A stretch of 64,000 nucleotides of DNA from Gammaproteobacteria bacterium (lineage in GTDB: Bacteria > Pseudomonadota > Gammaproteobacteria > JBCCGL01), in assembly GCA_965277715.1 (NCBI GenBank), contig OZ255836.1, positions 1,888,001 through 1,952,000 of the forward strand, in the 5' to 3' direction. Positions 1-10,522 of this stretch are shown in pieces. Every line of letters begins with the position of its first letter. Positions within the stretch are counted from its first letter, which is position 1. A program made the translations under genes and the position numbers. Below the pieces are notes generated by a model. It saw only the letters and a program-made list of their open reading frames with translations. It searched no databases and was not told where the DNA came from.

Positions 1-114
1 CGTCTTCCTTATCACCTAAAAGTATTGACGCCTTTAATTTCTAAAAAACCAACTTCATTAGCCTTTACTGTATTACTAACTAGCATTATTGATTTTTTTG
101 CATAGAATAATGTC

Positions 115-390
115 ATGATCACCTTAAACACACCACTCAAAGATATGGGCCGTAGCTTACGCGCGGCCCGCAAGCGCCGCTTCCCCAACGATACCCAGGC
201 AGATTTCTCCCGCCGTATCAGCGTGAGCCGTTACACCTATCAAAAAATGGAACAAGGCAACACCTCGGTAACCTTTGGGCACTACTACCAAGCCGCTGTT
301 TTGCTCGGCTGCGCGGAGCGTTTCAACACCTTCTTCGACCAGGTACAGCGTGGCCTGTTTGAAGAGTTTGCCGAGCTTCATGCTGAGTAA
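115..390 (+). CDS. XRE-family HTH antitoxin (HipB-like)
   Basis: 91 aa with HTH-XRE pattern (LRAARKRR..TQADFSRRISVSRYTYQKMEQG); overlaps the start of the downstream HipA-like kinase. Confidence 0.8.
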   Translation: MITLNTPLKDMGRSLRAARKRRFPNDTQADFSRRISVSRYTYQKMEQGNTSVTFGHYYQAAVLLGCAERFNTFFDQVQRGLFEEFAELHAE

Positions 391-1594
391 ACCCTATACC
401 TATTGGTGGGTCAGCCCAGGGGGAGCCCTGCATTCGGTAGCCGACGCCATTTTGCAAACCGATGGCCGTGGGCGCTTTGTGCGTTTCGCGCTGCGCTACC
501 ACAGCGATTACCTTAACCTTGCCGATAGCCCGGCACTCAACCCCGTGCACTGCCCCAAAAGCATCGACACATTTGAATGGCCCGGCCCCGATATACCCGC
601 CGTTTTGGATGAGGTTTTACCCGGCGTGTGGGAACGAAAACTCCTGCTGCGCTGGTGGCAACACCGGGGAGACCGTCGTGATGCCGATGACTTACACGCC
701 GTATTGAGCCATCGCCAGCAGTTCCCTATCGGTGCCTGGACACTACTCGAAAAAGGCCACACCCCCGTTATCAGTCCGGGGCGGAATATAGAAGAACTGG
801 GCGAGTTAACCACTGAGGCCGGGAAAGTAGCAATCGCCGCAGACCCCGAAGCCCATGCCCTGGATCGTTTGTTTAACGGTTCCAGCGTAGGTGGCGCCCG
901 CCCCAAGACTCTGGTATTCGATCACAATAGCAAGCGTCACTGGCTGGCAAAGTTTTCGCGTAAAGAGGATGCTTTCAACCACGTGCGTGTGGAATATGCC
1001 TGCCTGCGTTTGGCTGCAATCTGCGGCCTATCAGTACCGCAGGTAAATATTTGTAACGCGGGCCGGGAAATTCTGTTAGTCGAACGCTTTGATACCAGCG
1101 CAAAGGGACGCTATGCAATCATATCCGCCAACGCACTGCTAAAAGATACCCGCAACCAGGCAGATAAACTGCACGCCAGCTATAACGACCTAATCCATCT
1201 GGTTCAAACGCATTCAGAACAGGTGAGTCAAGATTTAAAACAACTGTTCTCGCAAATGTTATTTAACAATTGCATCAACAATCGCGATGACCATTTGAGG
1301 AATTTTTCTTTTTTGCACACAGGTAGCGGCTGGCGGTTGTCGCCTGCCTACGACCTGGTACCGTCTGATTCGGCAGGTGCATACCCCATCCTGGACTTCA
1401 ACTACTCACCCGTGCTGCCCTCACTGGCACAGGCCACAAAAGTGGCCAGATACTTTCAGCTAAGCCCCTCAGAGGCTCGGGATACTGTGCAACAACTGAA
1501 GGATGGGCTGGCAGATTGGCAGGCACAGTTTTTACGTGATGAAGTGAGTAAAAGAGATATAAAGTTATTGTCCATGCTGTTTCATAACGCTTAA
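380..1594 (+). CDS. HipA-family serine/threonine kinase toxin (type II TA)
   Basis: Motifs GSSVGGARPK, WLAKF, LLVERFD, NRDDHLRNFSF, LSPAYDL; ATG at 380 overlapping the antitoxin preferred over the TTG at 275. Confidence 0.9.
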   Translation: MLSKPYTYWWVSPGGALHSVADAILQTDGRGRFVRFALRYHSDYLNLADSPALNPVHCPKSIDTFEWPGPDIPAVLDEVLPGVWERKLLLRWWQHRGDRRDADDLHAVLSHRQQFPIGAWTLLEKGHTPVISPGRNIEELGELTTEAGKVAIAADPEAHALDRLFNGSSVGGARPKTLVFDHNSKRHWLAKFSRKEDAFNHVRVEYACLRLAAICGLSVPQVNICNAGREILLVERFDTSAKGRYAIISANALLKDTRNQADKLHASYNDLIHLVQTHSEQVSQDLKQLFSQMLFNNCINNRDDHLRNFSFLHTGSGWRLSPAYDLVPSDSAGAYPILDFNYSPVLPSLAQATKVARYFQLSPSEARDTVQQLKDGLADWQAQFLRDEVSKRDIKLLSMLFHNA

Positions 1595-1650
1595 CCCCAT
1601 GTATTAGCCAATAATAGACAGCGGGTGGAAAAGAGAATAATTATGGGCCA

Positions 1651-3075
1651 TCAATTAGCATATTGCCCACAACCCCGGCCACGGGTTGTCGCGTTATTTT
1701 TGGCTTGCACAAAAGCATTGACTGAACGCGTGATGTCTTCTTCCGTTGTTGCCCAAGAGCAAACACTGATGCGTATAACGGGTTTATCGAACCACTTCGA
1801 CCCACCAACCCAGGCCTCGCCGGATGCCTGGATGTCGCGAATAATTTTATTTGTTGTTTCTTCATCCCCGCAATCGACGAGAACCTGATTGAATTCAATA
1901 TCGTTTACAATGTTAAAGCCAGCCGACCTGAGTTCATCTGAAAACTGTTTTGCTCTTTCGTGTAATCCATAAACCAGCGCGTCAATTCCCGCCCGGCCAA
2001 GGTACTTCATAGCAGCCCACAACTCAATTGCCCGCGCCCGACGTGACATCTCAGGGGTGTAAAGCATGCCGTCCCGATGTTCTGAATACATAATGTAGGC
2101 GCCAGAATTTTGTAATGCCTTAACAAGTGCCTCGGGGTCGGCACACAACGCAATGCCATTGTCATACGGCGTATTGAGTGTTTTGTGTGCATCGACGCTC
2201 CATGAATCAGCCATTTCCAGCCCATCGGTTAAGTGCCTTAGCCTCTTGCTCGCGGCGGCCCAAATACCGAATGCACCATCCACATGCACCCAGGCACCGG
2301 CTTCTTTTGCTGCTTCACAACACACTCGTATAGGATCAAACGATCCAGAATTGACATTGCCAGCCTGTAGAATCAGGATTGTATTCTCGTCGAGCCTGGG
2401 CAAACCATCTGACTTCAAGCGACCCTTCTCATCCACATCCACCCATTCGATGCGGGCAGTGCCAAACCCTAACAGCGCTATCGCCTTTAGCACCGTACTG
2501 TGTGTGTGACGTCCAGTGACGAGACGAATTTTAGGTGCGCCATCCAGCCCCTGGTGGTTAATGTCCCATCCAGCCTTTTGACAGATTCGATAGCGTGCTG
2601 AAGCCAGCCCGCAAACAATCGCCATAGATGTGCCGCTAACGAAACCGGCGACAGTATTTTCAGGAAGCCCCAGCAGTTGACGTAACCAGGATTGGCATAC
2701 CTCTTCCAGCTTTGCATTCGTTGGAGAGATTGCATGGAGAACGGCGTTTTGATCCCAGGCATCGCCCAAAAAGCGCGCCGCAAGGGAAGTGGGTATAACC
2801 CCGCCGTTCACTAAACCAAAGAACCGGCCTCCGGTCTGCGCCATCGTTCCCGGCGACCCATACCGATGCAGTGTTTCGATAATCGATGATGCATCGCCTT
2901 TGCTTTCAGGCAGCGGCTCATCAAATGCTGAAAGCGCATCCTGATCACATTGGTGTGGCGCAACATGGCGACCGCACGCTTTCTGCAAATATTCTTTTCC
3001 GTAATTAATTGCTTGATCAAACAACGCGCCTGATTGCATTTGCGACTGCATCTCCTCCCGGACTTTATCTATCAT
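1651..3075 (-). CDS. Group II PLP-dependent decarboxylase (aromatic amino acid/glutamate decarboxylase family)
   Basis: GFVSGTSMA, WVHVDGAFG, DSWSVDAHK (PLP lysine), RISVCSWAT. Confidence 0.9.
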   Translation of the reverse strand: MIDKVREEMQSQMQSGALFDQAINYGKEYLQKACGRHVAPHQCDQDALSAFDEPLPESKGDASSIIETLHRYGSPGTMAQTGGRFFGLVNGGVIPTSLAARFLGDAWDQNAVLHAISPTNAKLEEVCQSWLRQLLGLPENTVAGFVSGTSMAIVCGLASARYRICQKAGWDINHQGLDGAPKIRLVTGRHTHSTVLKAIALLGFGTARIEWVDVDEKGRLKSDGLPRLDENTILILQAGNVNSGSFDPIRVCCEAAKEAGAWVHVDGAFGIWAAASKRLRHLTDGLEMADSWSVDAHKTLNTPYDNGIALCADPEALVKALQNSGAYIMYSEHRDGMLYTPEMSRRARAIELWAAMKYLGRAGIDALVYGLHERAKQFSDELRSAGFNIVNDIEFNQVLVDCGDEETTNKIIRDIQASGEAWVGGSKWFDKPVIRISVCSWATTEEDITRSVNAFVQAKNNATTRGRGCGQYAN

Positions 3076-4765
3076 TGTCTATTTCTACCTCGTACAAAAA
3101 AGGGGGTGTAGCCGGTTTGGCCTTATTTTCGCTGAACTCCTGTAGCGCTTGCGCGACCTCGTCGATGACCACCGACCAGTCCTGCCCTTCAGCCTGCCTA
3201 AACAGCCGCATAACGCCGGGATACCAGGGAGAGTCCTTTCGTTCCAACAGCCAGCGCCAATCCACCGCAGCGAAGGGCAACAATACCCAGCAGTTGACCC
3301 CCAAAGCGCCAGCCAGGTGAGCAATTGCGGTATCTACGCTAATCACCAGATCCAAATGGGAGATAATCGCCGCAGTATCGGCAAAATCGGCTATCTGATC
3401 ATCCAACTGAGTAATAGTGTTTTTGCTGGACAATAGCACGCCCGAACGCCCGGCCTTTTTTTGTATGCTGAAAAAGCGCACTTTCGGCACCGCCCACAGC
3501 GGCTTTAGCTGGCCCGGTGAAGCCAGCGAACGATTATTGTCGTTACTGTGCTTGGGATTACCCGCCCAGACCAGACCCACTCGCAAGTGCCCAGGGGGGG
3601 AATAGGCAGCGAGCTCAGATGCCCATCGCTGGCTGTGGCCAGCGGGTGCGTACAGGTAAGGCAGTTGTGCCGGAATCGTATCCAGCCGAGTACCAAAATA
3701 CAGCGGCAGGCTCATAATAAAACACCAATAGTCCACCGAGTCCGCCATATCCGCCCGCCAGTGCTGCTTGGCAATTACCCGGTCGGCGCCCTGAATACCA
3801 GTGAACAAGTGTTTCAGTGGGTCTTTGCAAACCAGGCTAAGGCATTTTACACCCCAGCGTTTTAGCAACGGCAGGTAGCGGACAAACTGAATTTCGTCAC
3901 CAAAGCCCTGTTCGTACCAGACCAACAGGTTTTTGCCCTGTAACGGCTCACCAGACCACCGGGGAGCTGTTATTTCTGGCGGTGGGATAGAGTGATTTTC
4001 ACGCCGCGAATCAAAGCGCGCCTCGTAAGCCTGCCAGCCTTCCTCGAAATCGCCCTGGCGCAATAACCCACAGGCCAGATTGAAGCGTGCACCGGGATAG
4101 TCGGCCTCCAATTCCAGCGCCCGCCGGTAGCAATCTACAGCCTCTGCGTAACGGCCTAACCAACACAAAACCGCACCACGATTGTTAACCGCCGGGGCAA
4201 AACGGCTATCAATCTCAAGCGCCCTATCGTAGCTCGCCAACGCCTCCCCATATCGATGAGTCTGCTGTAACGCCCGGCCCAGGTTATTGTGTATGGGAGC
4301 ATAACCCGGGTTAAGCACTAATGCGCGGGTAAAACATTCTATTGCCTCGTCATGCCGATTTAACGACAGCAGGACATCACCCTTGTTGTTAGATGCTTTA
4401 ACTTCCCGGGGGTTTAACGCCAGTGCCTGGTTGTAGCTTACCAAGGCCTCTTTGTAGCGACGCAACGCCTGCTGGGCGACACCGTGGTTACAATAGGCCA
4501 CGGCATAGTCAGGCTGGATTTGATACGCCCGCTGAAAACTGTTCGCCGCTTCCTGGTAACGCCCGAGCATAACCCAGGCCCTCCCCTGAGCGTTGCAGGC
4601 TTTAGCGTGATTGGGGTCGAGAGCGAGTACTTCATCGTAGCAGGCAATAGCTTGTTGATAACGTTGCGCTTTCTCGTGCGTGTTACCCCTTTGGTAGGCG
4701 CTGGATACGCTGTTACGGCGGACTGTTTTAACAGGACCCAGTGCAATTTTTAATCGGCCAGTCAT
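3065..4765 (-). CDS. TPR-repeat glycosyltransferase (GT9-like C-terminal domain)
   Basis: About 6-7 N-terminal TPR repeats; EQGFGDEIQF, LDLVISVDTAIAHLAGALG, DWRW, SPWYP. Confidence 0.88.
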   Translation of the reverse strand: MTGRLKIALGPVKTVRRNSVSSAYQRGNTHEKAQRYQQAIACYDEVLALDPNHAKACNAQGRAWVMLGRYQEAANSFQRAYQIQPDYAVAYCNHGVAQQALRRYKEALVSYNQALALNPREVKASNNKGDVLLSLNRHDEAIECFTRALVLNPGYAPIHNNLGRALQQTHRYGEALASYDRALEIDSRFAPAVNNRGAVLCWLGRYAEAVDCYRRALELEADYPGARFNLACGLLRQGDFEEGWQAYEARFDSRRENHSIPPPEITAPRWSGEPLQGKNLLVWYEQGFGDEIQFVRYLPLLKRWGVKCLSLVCKDPLKHLFTGIQGADRVIAKQHWRADMADSVDYWCFIMSLPLYFGTRLDTIPAQLPYLYAPAGHSQRWASELAAYSPPGHLRVGLVWAGNPKHSNDNNRSLASPGQLKPLWAVPKVRFFSIQKKAGRSGVLLSSKNTITQLDDQIADFADTAAIISHLDLVISVDTAIAHLAGALGVNCWVLLPFAAVDWRWLLERKDSPWYPGVMRLFRQAEGQDWSVVIDEVAQALQEFSENKAKPATPPFLYEVEIDNDR

Positions 4766-4989
4766 TTCGGACTCTTCTTAGTATCGTACACCGTCTACCT
4801 TATATTGTTGGGTTCAGCGTTGTTTTTACTCACCATAGCACCACAAATATTGCCCTTTGACGATAAAAAATTTGCCCGGCGGGCAAATAAACCGGTGATA
4901 TTACCGCGAGTTGTTGTGCCAAAACAGTTAACTTTCCAAAGCGATGGTTTGCAGAAAATAAAGGCACAATAAGACCAACAGAAATTTCC

Positions 4990-5145
4990 CGAAACCTCTG
5001 CAATAACATCCTCGTATTCCGGCCACCAGCCTAACTGCAACCGGGCTTTTTCCCCGCTCATCCGTTGATCTAATGGATAACCTTCAGCCCAACTGCCGAT
5101 CTCAGAAACCGCTGTCTTTATATCGCAGAATTGCATCGCCACTGC
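4990..5145 (-). pseudogene. C-terminal remnant of an NAD-dependent epimerase/dehydratase-family gene
   Basis: AVSEIGSWAEGYPLDQRMSGEKARLQLGWWP resembles the C-terminus of extended SDR epimerases; no Rossmann N-terminus; boundaries approximate. Confidence 0.45.
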
Positions 5146-5226
5146 ATACGACGGGGAAAAAAACAATTTGACCCACCAGTCACCTGAAATATACCGTATG
5201 CAGTCTTTTGCCAAACCAACCCACTG

Positions 5227-6645
5227 ATGCCTGAGTTTTTTCACCACGACACCCCACCGAATACTCTATTTGATGTGATCGTCGTGGGTGCTGGCGTAGT
5301 CGGTTGTGCGGTTGCGCGCCGCTTTACCCTGGAAGGCGCCAATGTACTGCTGATCGAAAAATCATCTGATCCACTGGACGGTGCCAGCAAAGGCAATAGC
5401 GCAATTTTGCACACCGGCTTTGACGCACCACCACCAGAAAGCCAGGAACACGGCTGCATTGTTGCGGGTTACCACGAGTACCTGGAAATTCGTGCGCAAT
5501 TGAATCTGCCGCTGCTAGCGTGTGGCGCGCTGGTACTGGCCTGGAGTGAAGCAGAGGCAGCTCAGCTCGATAAGCTGCGACAACATGCACACCACAACGG
5601 CATTGATAACACCAGCATCATCAGCGCCAGCCAGGTGTTGTGCCGGGAACCCCAGCTCGATAACTCAGTCTGCGCCGCCATTGCCGTGCCGGGTGAATCG
5701 TTAATTGACCCGTGGAGCGCACCCCATGCATACCTGCTGCAAGCGCTCGAAAACGGCGCGGGCCTGATGCGTGACTGCGCATTGCTCGGCGGCACATTTG
5801 ATGGCGGCGCCTGGACGCTTGAGACCAGCCGTGGCAGCCTGCGTGGCCGACAGGTCATCAACTGCGCCGGTCTCTACGGCGATCACGTCAACCGCTTACT
5901 GATGGGTGAAGCCCCCTTTACAATCCGGCCACGCAAAGGCCAGTTTGTTGTTTTCGATAAATCAGCGCGGGCGCTTACTCAATCGATTCTGCTGCCAGTG
6001 CCCAATAAGGTGACCAAAGGCGTTGTGGTTTGCCCGACAATGTTTGGCAACCTATTGGTCGGGCCAACGGCGGAAGAACAATCAAGCCGCGATGATGCCA
6101 GCGTCGATACCGCCGCACTCAAACAGCTAATCGCAACCGGCCAATCCATCCTCCCCGCTTTGCGTGAACAGGCGGTGACTGCCGTTTACGCCGGCATCCG
6201 GCCCGCGACCGAATTCAAAGATTACCAAATTCAGTGGCACCACCAACACCAATACTGCTGTGTGGGCGGTATCCGCTCCACTGGGTTGAGCGCGGCACTG
6301 GGCATCGCCCGGCTGGTTTTCAGGCAATACGCAGCATCCGGCGCGCAGCACACACCCCCCGCTTCGATTCGATGGCCACGACTGCCGACGCTGGCCGAAC
6401 ACGAACAGCGCGACTGGCAACAGGCCGGAAACCAAGGCATCGTCTGCCACTGCGAGCAGGTGACCCGGCGTGAAATTCAGCGGGCGCTCGACGGGCCAAT
6501 GCCACCGCGTAGCCTGGCCGGATTGAAACGCCGCACCCGAGCCACTATGGGCCGCTGCCAGGGGTTCTACTGCACAGCGGCCTTGAGTGAACTCACCGAT
6601 GGGCGCTTTACACAAGCGCTCAGTGAAAGGATGGCGAAAACATGA
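5227..6645 (+). CDS. FAD-dependent oxidoreductase with C-terminal BFD-like [2Fe-2S] domain (GlpA/LhgO-like)
   Basis: VIVVGAGVVG, GASKGNSAILHTG, GIRSTGLS, CHCEQVT...RATMGRCQGFYC. Confidence 0.88.
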   Translation: MPEFFHHDTPPNTLFDVIVVGAGVVGCAVARRFTLEGANVLLIEKSSDPLDGASKGNSAILHTGFDAPPPESQEHGCIVAGYHEYLEIRAQLNLPLLACGALVLAWSEAEAAQLDKLRQHAHHNGIDNTSIISASQVLCREPQLDNSVCAAIAVPGESLIDPWSAPHAYLLQALENGAGLMRDCALLGGTFDGGAWTLETSRGSLRGRQVINCAGLYGDHVNRLLMGEAPFTIRPRKGQFVVFDKSARALTQSILLPVPNKVTKGVVVCPTMFGNLLVGPTAEEQSSRDDASVDTAALKQLIATGQSILPALREQAVTAVYAGIRPATEFKDYQIQWHHQHQYCCVGGIRSTGLSAALGIARLVFRQYAASGAQHTPPASIRWPRLPTLAEHEQRDWQQAGNQGIVCHCEQVTRREIQRALDGPMPPRSLAGLKRRTRATMGRCQGFYCTAALSELTDGRFTQALSERMAKT

Positions 6646-7904
6646 AACAGGCGCACTGCCAAGTGGCGATTGTGGGCGCGGGGCCGGGCGGTTTAGCGGC
6701 GGCCATTGAACTCAAACGGCTGGGTGTAAGGGACGTGGTGCTTATCGATCGCGAGCCTGTAGCGGGCGGTATTCCCCGCCATTGCGGGCACTCACCGTTT
6801 GGCCTGCGTGAATTCCAGCGCATTCTCTCCGGGCCACAGTATGCACAACGATTGGTAAAACAGGCCATCACCGCCGGTATCAGTTTGCAATTAAACACCA
6901 CCGTGACCGCACTCAAACCCGGCGGCATGCTCAGCCTGTCAACGCCGGATGGCACGTGCAAACTAGCCGCAGAAAAAGTCATACTGTGTACCGGCAACCG
7001 CGAATCACCGCGCTCGGCGAGACTGGTTTCCGGCACGCGCCCCCTGGGCATCGTCACCACCAGCGCCTTACAGTCGATGGTCTACCTCAAACAACGGCGC
7101 CCGTTTAAATACCCGGTGATAATTGGTTCCGAGCTAGTGGCATTTTCAGCGCTGCTCACCTGCCGACACGCTGGCATTAACGTAGCCGCCATGGTCGAGC
7201 CTGAAACGCGTATCACCGCCCTCCGGGGCGCAAGCCTGTTGCCACGCCTGCTCGGCACGCCGTTACTGCTGGATACATCACTCCAGACAATCAACGGCCA
7301 GGAACGGCTTGAGTCAGTGACCCTGCTCACAGGGAGTGGTAAAACCCAAACGCTCCCGTGCGATGGCGTGATTTTTAGCGGTCAATTTGTACCGGAAGCC
7401 AGCCTGATTACCACCAGCCACCTGCACAAAGACCACCGCAGTGGTGGCCCGGTGGTCGATCAGTATTACCGCTGCTCCGATCCCGGCTACTTCGCCTGTG
7501 GCAACCTGCTACACCCCGTCGATACAGCGGGCTGGTGCTGGTCTGAAGGCCGCCGGGTTGCGGCATGTGTCAACGCGGCATTAAAGGGCGCCCTGCCCGC
7601 TGCCAGCCAATTTATTGCGATCAATACAGCGGATGAGCACATCAAATACGTTACGCCACAGCGTATTGCATTACCCGATAATGCGAAAAGCCGTGCGGTC
7701 GCCGCACCCACGCAGGCCTTTCAACTGCGCTTTGCAAGCAATACACGCGGCCACCTGCAATTGCGTGACGACAAGGGCGTTTCACTCATACGCCGTAAAT
7801 TGCGGGTGCTGCGTGAGCGGCGTGTTTTACTCCCCCTACCCACCACTAACGACCTGCATAAAACCTCCAGCCTGTCACTGGGCTTTCACCCTCAAAAAGC
7901 CTGA
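6642..7904 (+). CDS. NAD(P)/FAD-dependent oxidoreductase (pyridine nucleotide-disulfide family), partner of the upstream gene
   Basis: IVGAGPGGLAAA, GGIPRHCGHSPFG, FACGNLLHPVD; ATGA overlap with the upstream gene. Confidence 0.85.
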   Translation: MKQAHCQVAIVGAGPGGLAAAIELKRLGVRDVVLIDREPVAGGIPRHCGHSPFGLREFQRILSGPQYAQRLVKQAITAGISLQLNTTVTALKPGGMLSLSTPDGTCKLAAEKVILCTGNRESPRSARLVSGTRPLGIVTTSALQSMVYLKQRRPFKYPVIIGSELVAFSALLTCRHAGINVAAMVEPETRITALRGASLLPRLLGTPLLLDTSLQTINGQERLESVTLLTGSGKTQTLPCDGVIFSGQFVPEASLITTSHLHKDHRSGGPVVDQYYRCSDPGYFACGNLLHPVDTAGWCWSEGRRVAACVNAALKGALPAASQFIAINTADEHIKYVTPQRIALPDNAKSRAVAAPTQAFQLRFASNTRGHLQLRDDKGVSLIRRKLRVLRERRVLLPLPTTNDLHKTSSLSLGFHPQKA

Positions 7905-7924
7905 CTGAGGCAACGGTCTCCAGC

Positions 7925-9211
7925 ATGAGCAATAAACACATCGAATGGCCAGAGAGCCTGTGGAAAGCCACAGCGACACCACTACAGCCCCTACCCGCAT
8001 TGCCCGGCGATATGGAAACCGATTTATTGATAGTAGGTGCTGGTTACACGGGCCTATCGACCGCACTGCACGCGCTCGATAACACCTCAGATATTACCGT
8101 TATCGACCAGGCCCAGCCGGGCTGGGGGTGTTCCGGGCGCAACGGCGGCCAGGTAAACCCGCAGTGGAAGCCATCGGTAAACGCATTGCAGCAACTGTAT
8201 CCAGGCAAGGCGTTTGACCAATTTATCGCGACACTCGACGCCTCATCGCGTTTGGTATTCGACCTAATCGAACGCCACAATATCGACTGCCACACAGTCC
8301 GCAACGGCTGCCTTATTCCAACACGGGGGGCAAAAGGCCTGGCGTATTTAACACACTGGTCACAGCTTTGGCGGGAATACGGTGCCAATGTCACATTGCT
8401 CGATGCCAGGGCCAGCGCTGAATTGATCGGCACAAACGCCTACAGTGCCTGCATGTTCGACCGGCGTGGGGGTACGGTGCAGCCGTTATCCTATGCACGC
8501 GGGCTGGCGAAAGCGTGCCTGAAAAATAAGGTCAAACTATTCGCCGACACACAAGCCTTGTCCGTTACCCGCACAAACCAGATGTGGGTCGTAACAACCC
8601 GAAAAGGGCGGATCACATGCAAGCGCCTGCTTATCGCTACCAATGGTTACACCGATAAATTGTGGCCCGGCCTGGCGCAATCCATCATCCCGGTCGCCAG
8701 CATGTTAACCGCCACCAGACCACTCCCGCCGGATGTCGCCGATGGCATCTTGCCAGGGCGACAGCCCGTTGCCGAGTATGCCGGTGTGCCCGCTTATTAC
8801 CACATCGATGCATCCGGGCGTTTAGTCTTTGGTTGGCGGGGCACACGGCTGGGCGGTATAGGCGGGCTGAATACTGGCCACCTGAAAGCACAGGCAGTGA
8901 AAACCTTTCCGGCGTTGCAATCGGCGCAATGGGAGTACGACTGGGCGGGTTACGTCGGCGTCACCAGCCACCAACGCCCCATGCTGATCAGACTGGCCGA
9001 CAATGCCTATGCCGGTCTGGGCTACAACGGTCGCGGTATCACCATGGCGACGATGATGGGCAGACAACTGGCGCAGGCGTTAAACGGTGAAGATACCAGC
9101 GTACCGATCCAGGCATTGGAAAAAGTGCGCCTGCATTCGTTCTATCCACTGGGCGGCGCGGCGCGGATTGCCTACGGACATGCTTGTGATTTTATTGTTG
9201 ATCGATCCTGA
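7925..9211 (+). CDS. FAD-binding oxidoreductase, DadA/PuuB family
   Basis: IVGAGYTGLSTA, GWGCSGRNGGQ, IATNGYT, LGYNGRGI. Confidence 0.87.
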   Translation: MSNKHIEWPESLWKATATPLQPLPALPGDMETDLLIVGAGYTGLSTALHALDNTSDITVIDQAQPGWGCSGRNGGQVNPQWKPSVNALQQLYPGKAFDQFIATLDASSRLVFDLIERHNIDCHTVRNGCLIPTRGAKGLAYLTHWSQLWREYGANVTLLDARASAELIGTNAYSACMFDRRGGTVQPLSYARGLAKACLKNKVKLFADTQALSVTRTNQMWVVTTRKGRITCKRLLIATNGYTDKLWPGLAQSIIPVASMLTATRPLPPDVADGILPGRQPVAEYAGVPAYYHIDASGRLVFGWRGTRLGGIGGLNTGHLKAQAVKTFPALQSAQWEYDWAGYVGVTSHQRPMLIRLADNAYAGLGYNGRGITMATMMGRQLAQALNGEDTSVPIQALEKVRLHSFYPLGGAARIAYGHACDFIVDRS

Positions 9212-9220
9212 ACCAATCGC

Positions 9221-9430
9221 GGAATTTAGGTTCAACAACCCTCTTATCGCCCGGCCATGCCTCACCTTCCAGGCGCTTGCCAACGCACCTGAAAAAGACT
9301 CCAGATGCGGATTCAACGACGGCTTTTAAATCGAAAGCCCCCGCTGTCGAACACCCAGCGCGTCAGCTATACTGAATTACTCTCAAACACCCTGCAAAAA
9401 AACCACCCCGGAACCCGCTATGGACCAAAG
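9221..9430 (+). repeat. 210-bp direct repeat copy 1: duplicate of the hsdM upstream region and first codons (17708-17917)
   Basis: Aligns to 17708-17917 (offset 8487) with about 4 mismatches; ends in ATGGACCAAAG then joins the RAYT-element interior via AAG microhomology. Confidence 0.95.
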
Positions 9431-10040
9431 TAAAGGGTGTAACAGCAGATAAGCTCGATAGCTATTCCTGGTCGAGTTACCACGCTTACATCAACCAAGC
9501 CAAAGCACCAGAATGGTTGCATCGAGAGGCAACCTTATAGTGCACTCTGTGCTAAACAACGTTACGTTGCTTATAAGACATATGTTGGTCGAGGTATTGA
9601 TGAGGACATCAGCCGTTTTTATAACAAAGGCAATGTGGCGACGATACTGGGTGACAAATCCTTCAAGACGTATATTGCCGAAAACCGGGAGTCGATGCAC
9701 ATATCGGGGGACTTGTCCCGTATTGTGACGGACAAGCCAAACGGTGCAGCTATAGTCGATGCAGTGGCAGCGGTGTTTGGCGTTAACGCGAGTGATGTAC
9801 TTACGCGACAGCGGGGTAAACAACGGGCGAATCTGCCTCGTAAAGTAGCGATATATTGTTGTCAGCAATTGGGAGATATGCCGTTAAAAACGCTGGTTGA
9901 TATGTTTGGATATAGTCGTGTTAGTAGCCTTTCTCCTGCAATTGATTATGTAAAGAGTGGGCTGTCAGACGGCAGCTTGAAGGGCGTGTTTGAGCAGGTT
10001 TGCAAACGTTTGAAAGATATTAAATACGATTGACCCCTTT
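9431..10040 (+). mobile_element. RAYT-like element copy 1, 5'-truncated, retains right TIR
   Basis: Near-identical to about 15923-16531; carries a 1-nt insertion (gcaaccttatag vs gcaacctatag); ends ...attaaatacgattgaccccttt. Confidence 0.93.
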
Positions 10041-10043
10041 TTT

Positions 10044-10302
10044 TTAACGCGAGTGATGTACTTACACGACAGCGGGGGAGACAACGGGCGAATCTGCCTC
10101 GTAAAGTAGCGATATATTGTTGTCAGCAATTGGGAGATATGCCGTTAAAAACGCTGGTTGATATGTTTGGATATAGTCGTGTTAGTAGCCTTTCTCCTGC
10201 AACTGATTATGTAAAGAGTGGGCTGTCAGACGGCAGCTTGAAGGGCGTGTTTGAGCAGGTTTGCAACCGTTTGAAAAATATTAAATATGATTGACCCCTT
10301 TT
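10044..10302 (+). mobile_element. RAYT-like element copy 2, 3' ~260 bp only, tandem to copy 1, retains right TIR
   Basis: Near-identical to about 16274-16532; ends attgacccctttt. Confidence 0.93.
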
Positions 10303-10320
10303 CTTTTTTATTTTTTCACG

Positions 10321-10512
10321 CTACTTTTTACTTTTTATTATCGAACTACGTCCTGTTACTCCGTAGTAACCAAGAAAAAGGCCGACAATAATAAATATTG
10401 TCGCAGTCGATTTATTCAAAAATTCTGGAAACTGCGGTAGCAACGTCTCAAGCCCCATGAACAACATAGCACTAGAAATCAGAAGAGCACATAACCTAAG
10501 AACAATTTTCAT
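10321..10512 (-). CDS. Small two-TM membrane protein, putative immunity protein of the Rhs tip
   Basis: 63 aa MKIVLRLCALLISSAMLFMG...IFIIVGLFLGYYG; starts 10 bp after the toxin-tip stop; low GC. Confidence 0.6.
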   Translation of the reverse strand: MKIVLRLCALLISSAMLFMGLETLLPQFPEFLNKSTATIFIIVGLFLGYYGVTGRSSIIKSKK

Positions 10513-10522
10513 TTTGCTATTC

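Noticed and set aside
275-379. Extended HipA N-terminus from the TTG at 275
   Set aside because: Overlaps the antitoxin gene extensively; the ATG at 380 gives the usual TA overlap.
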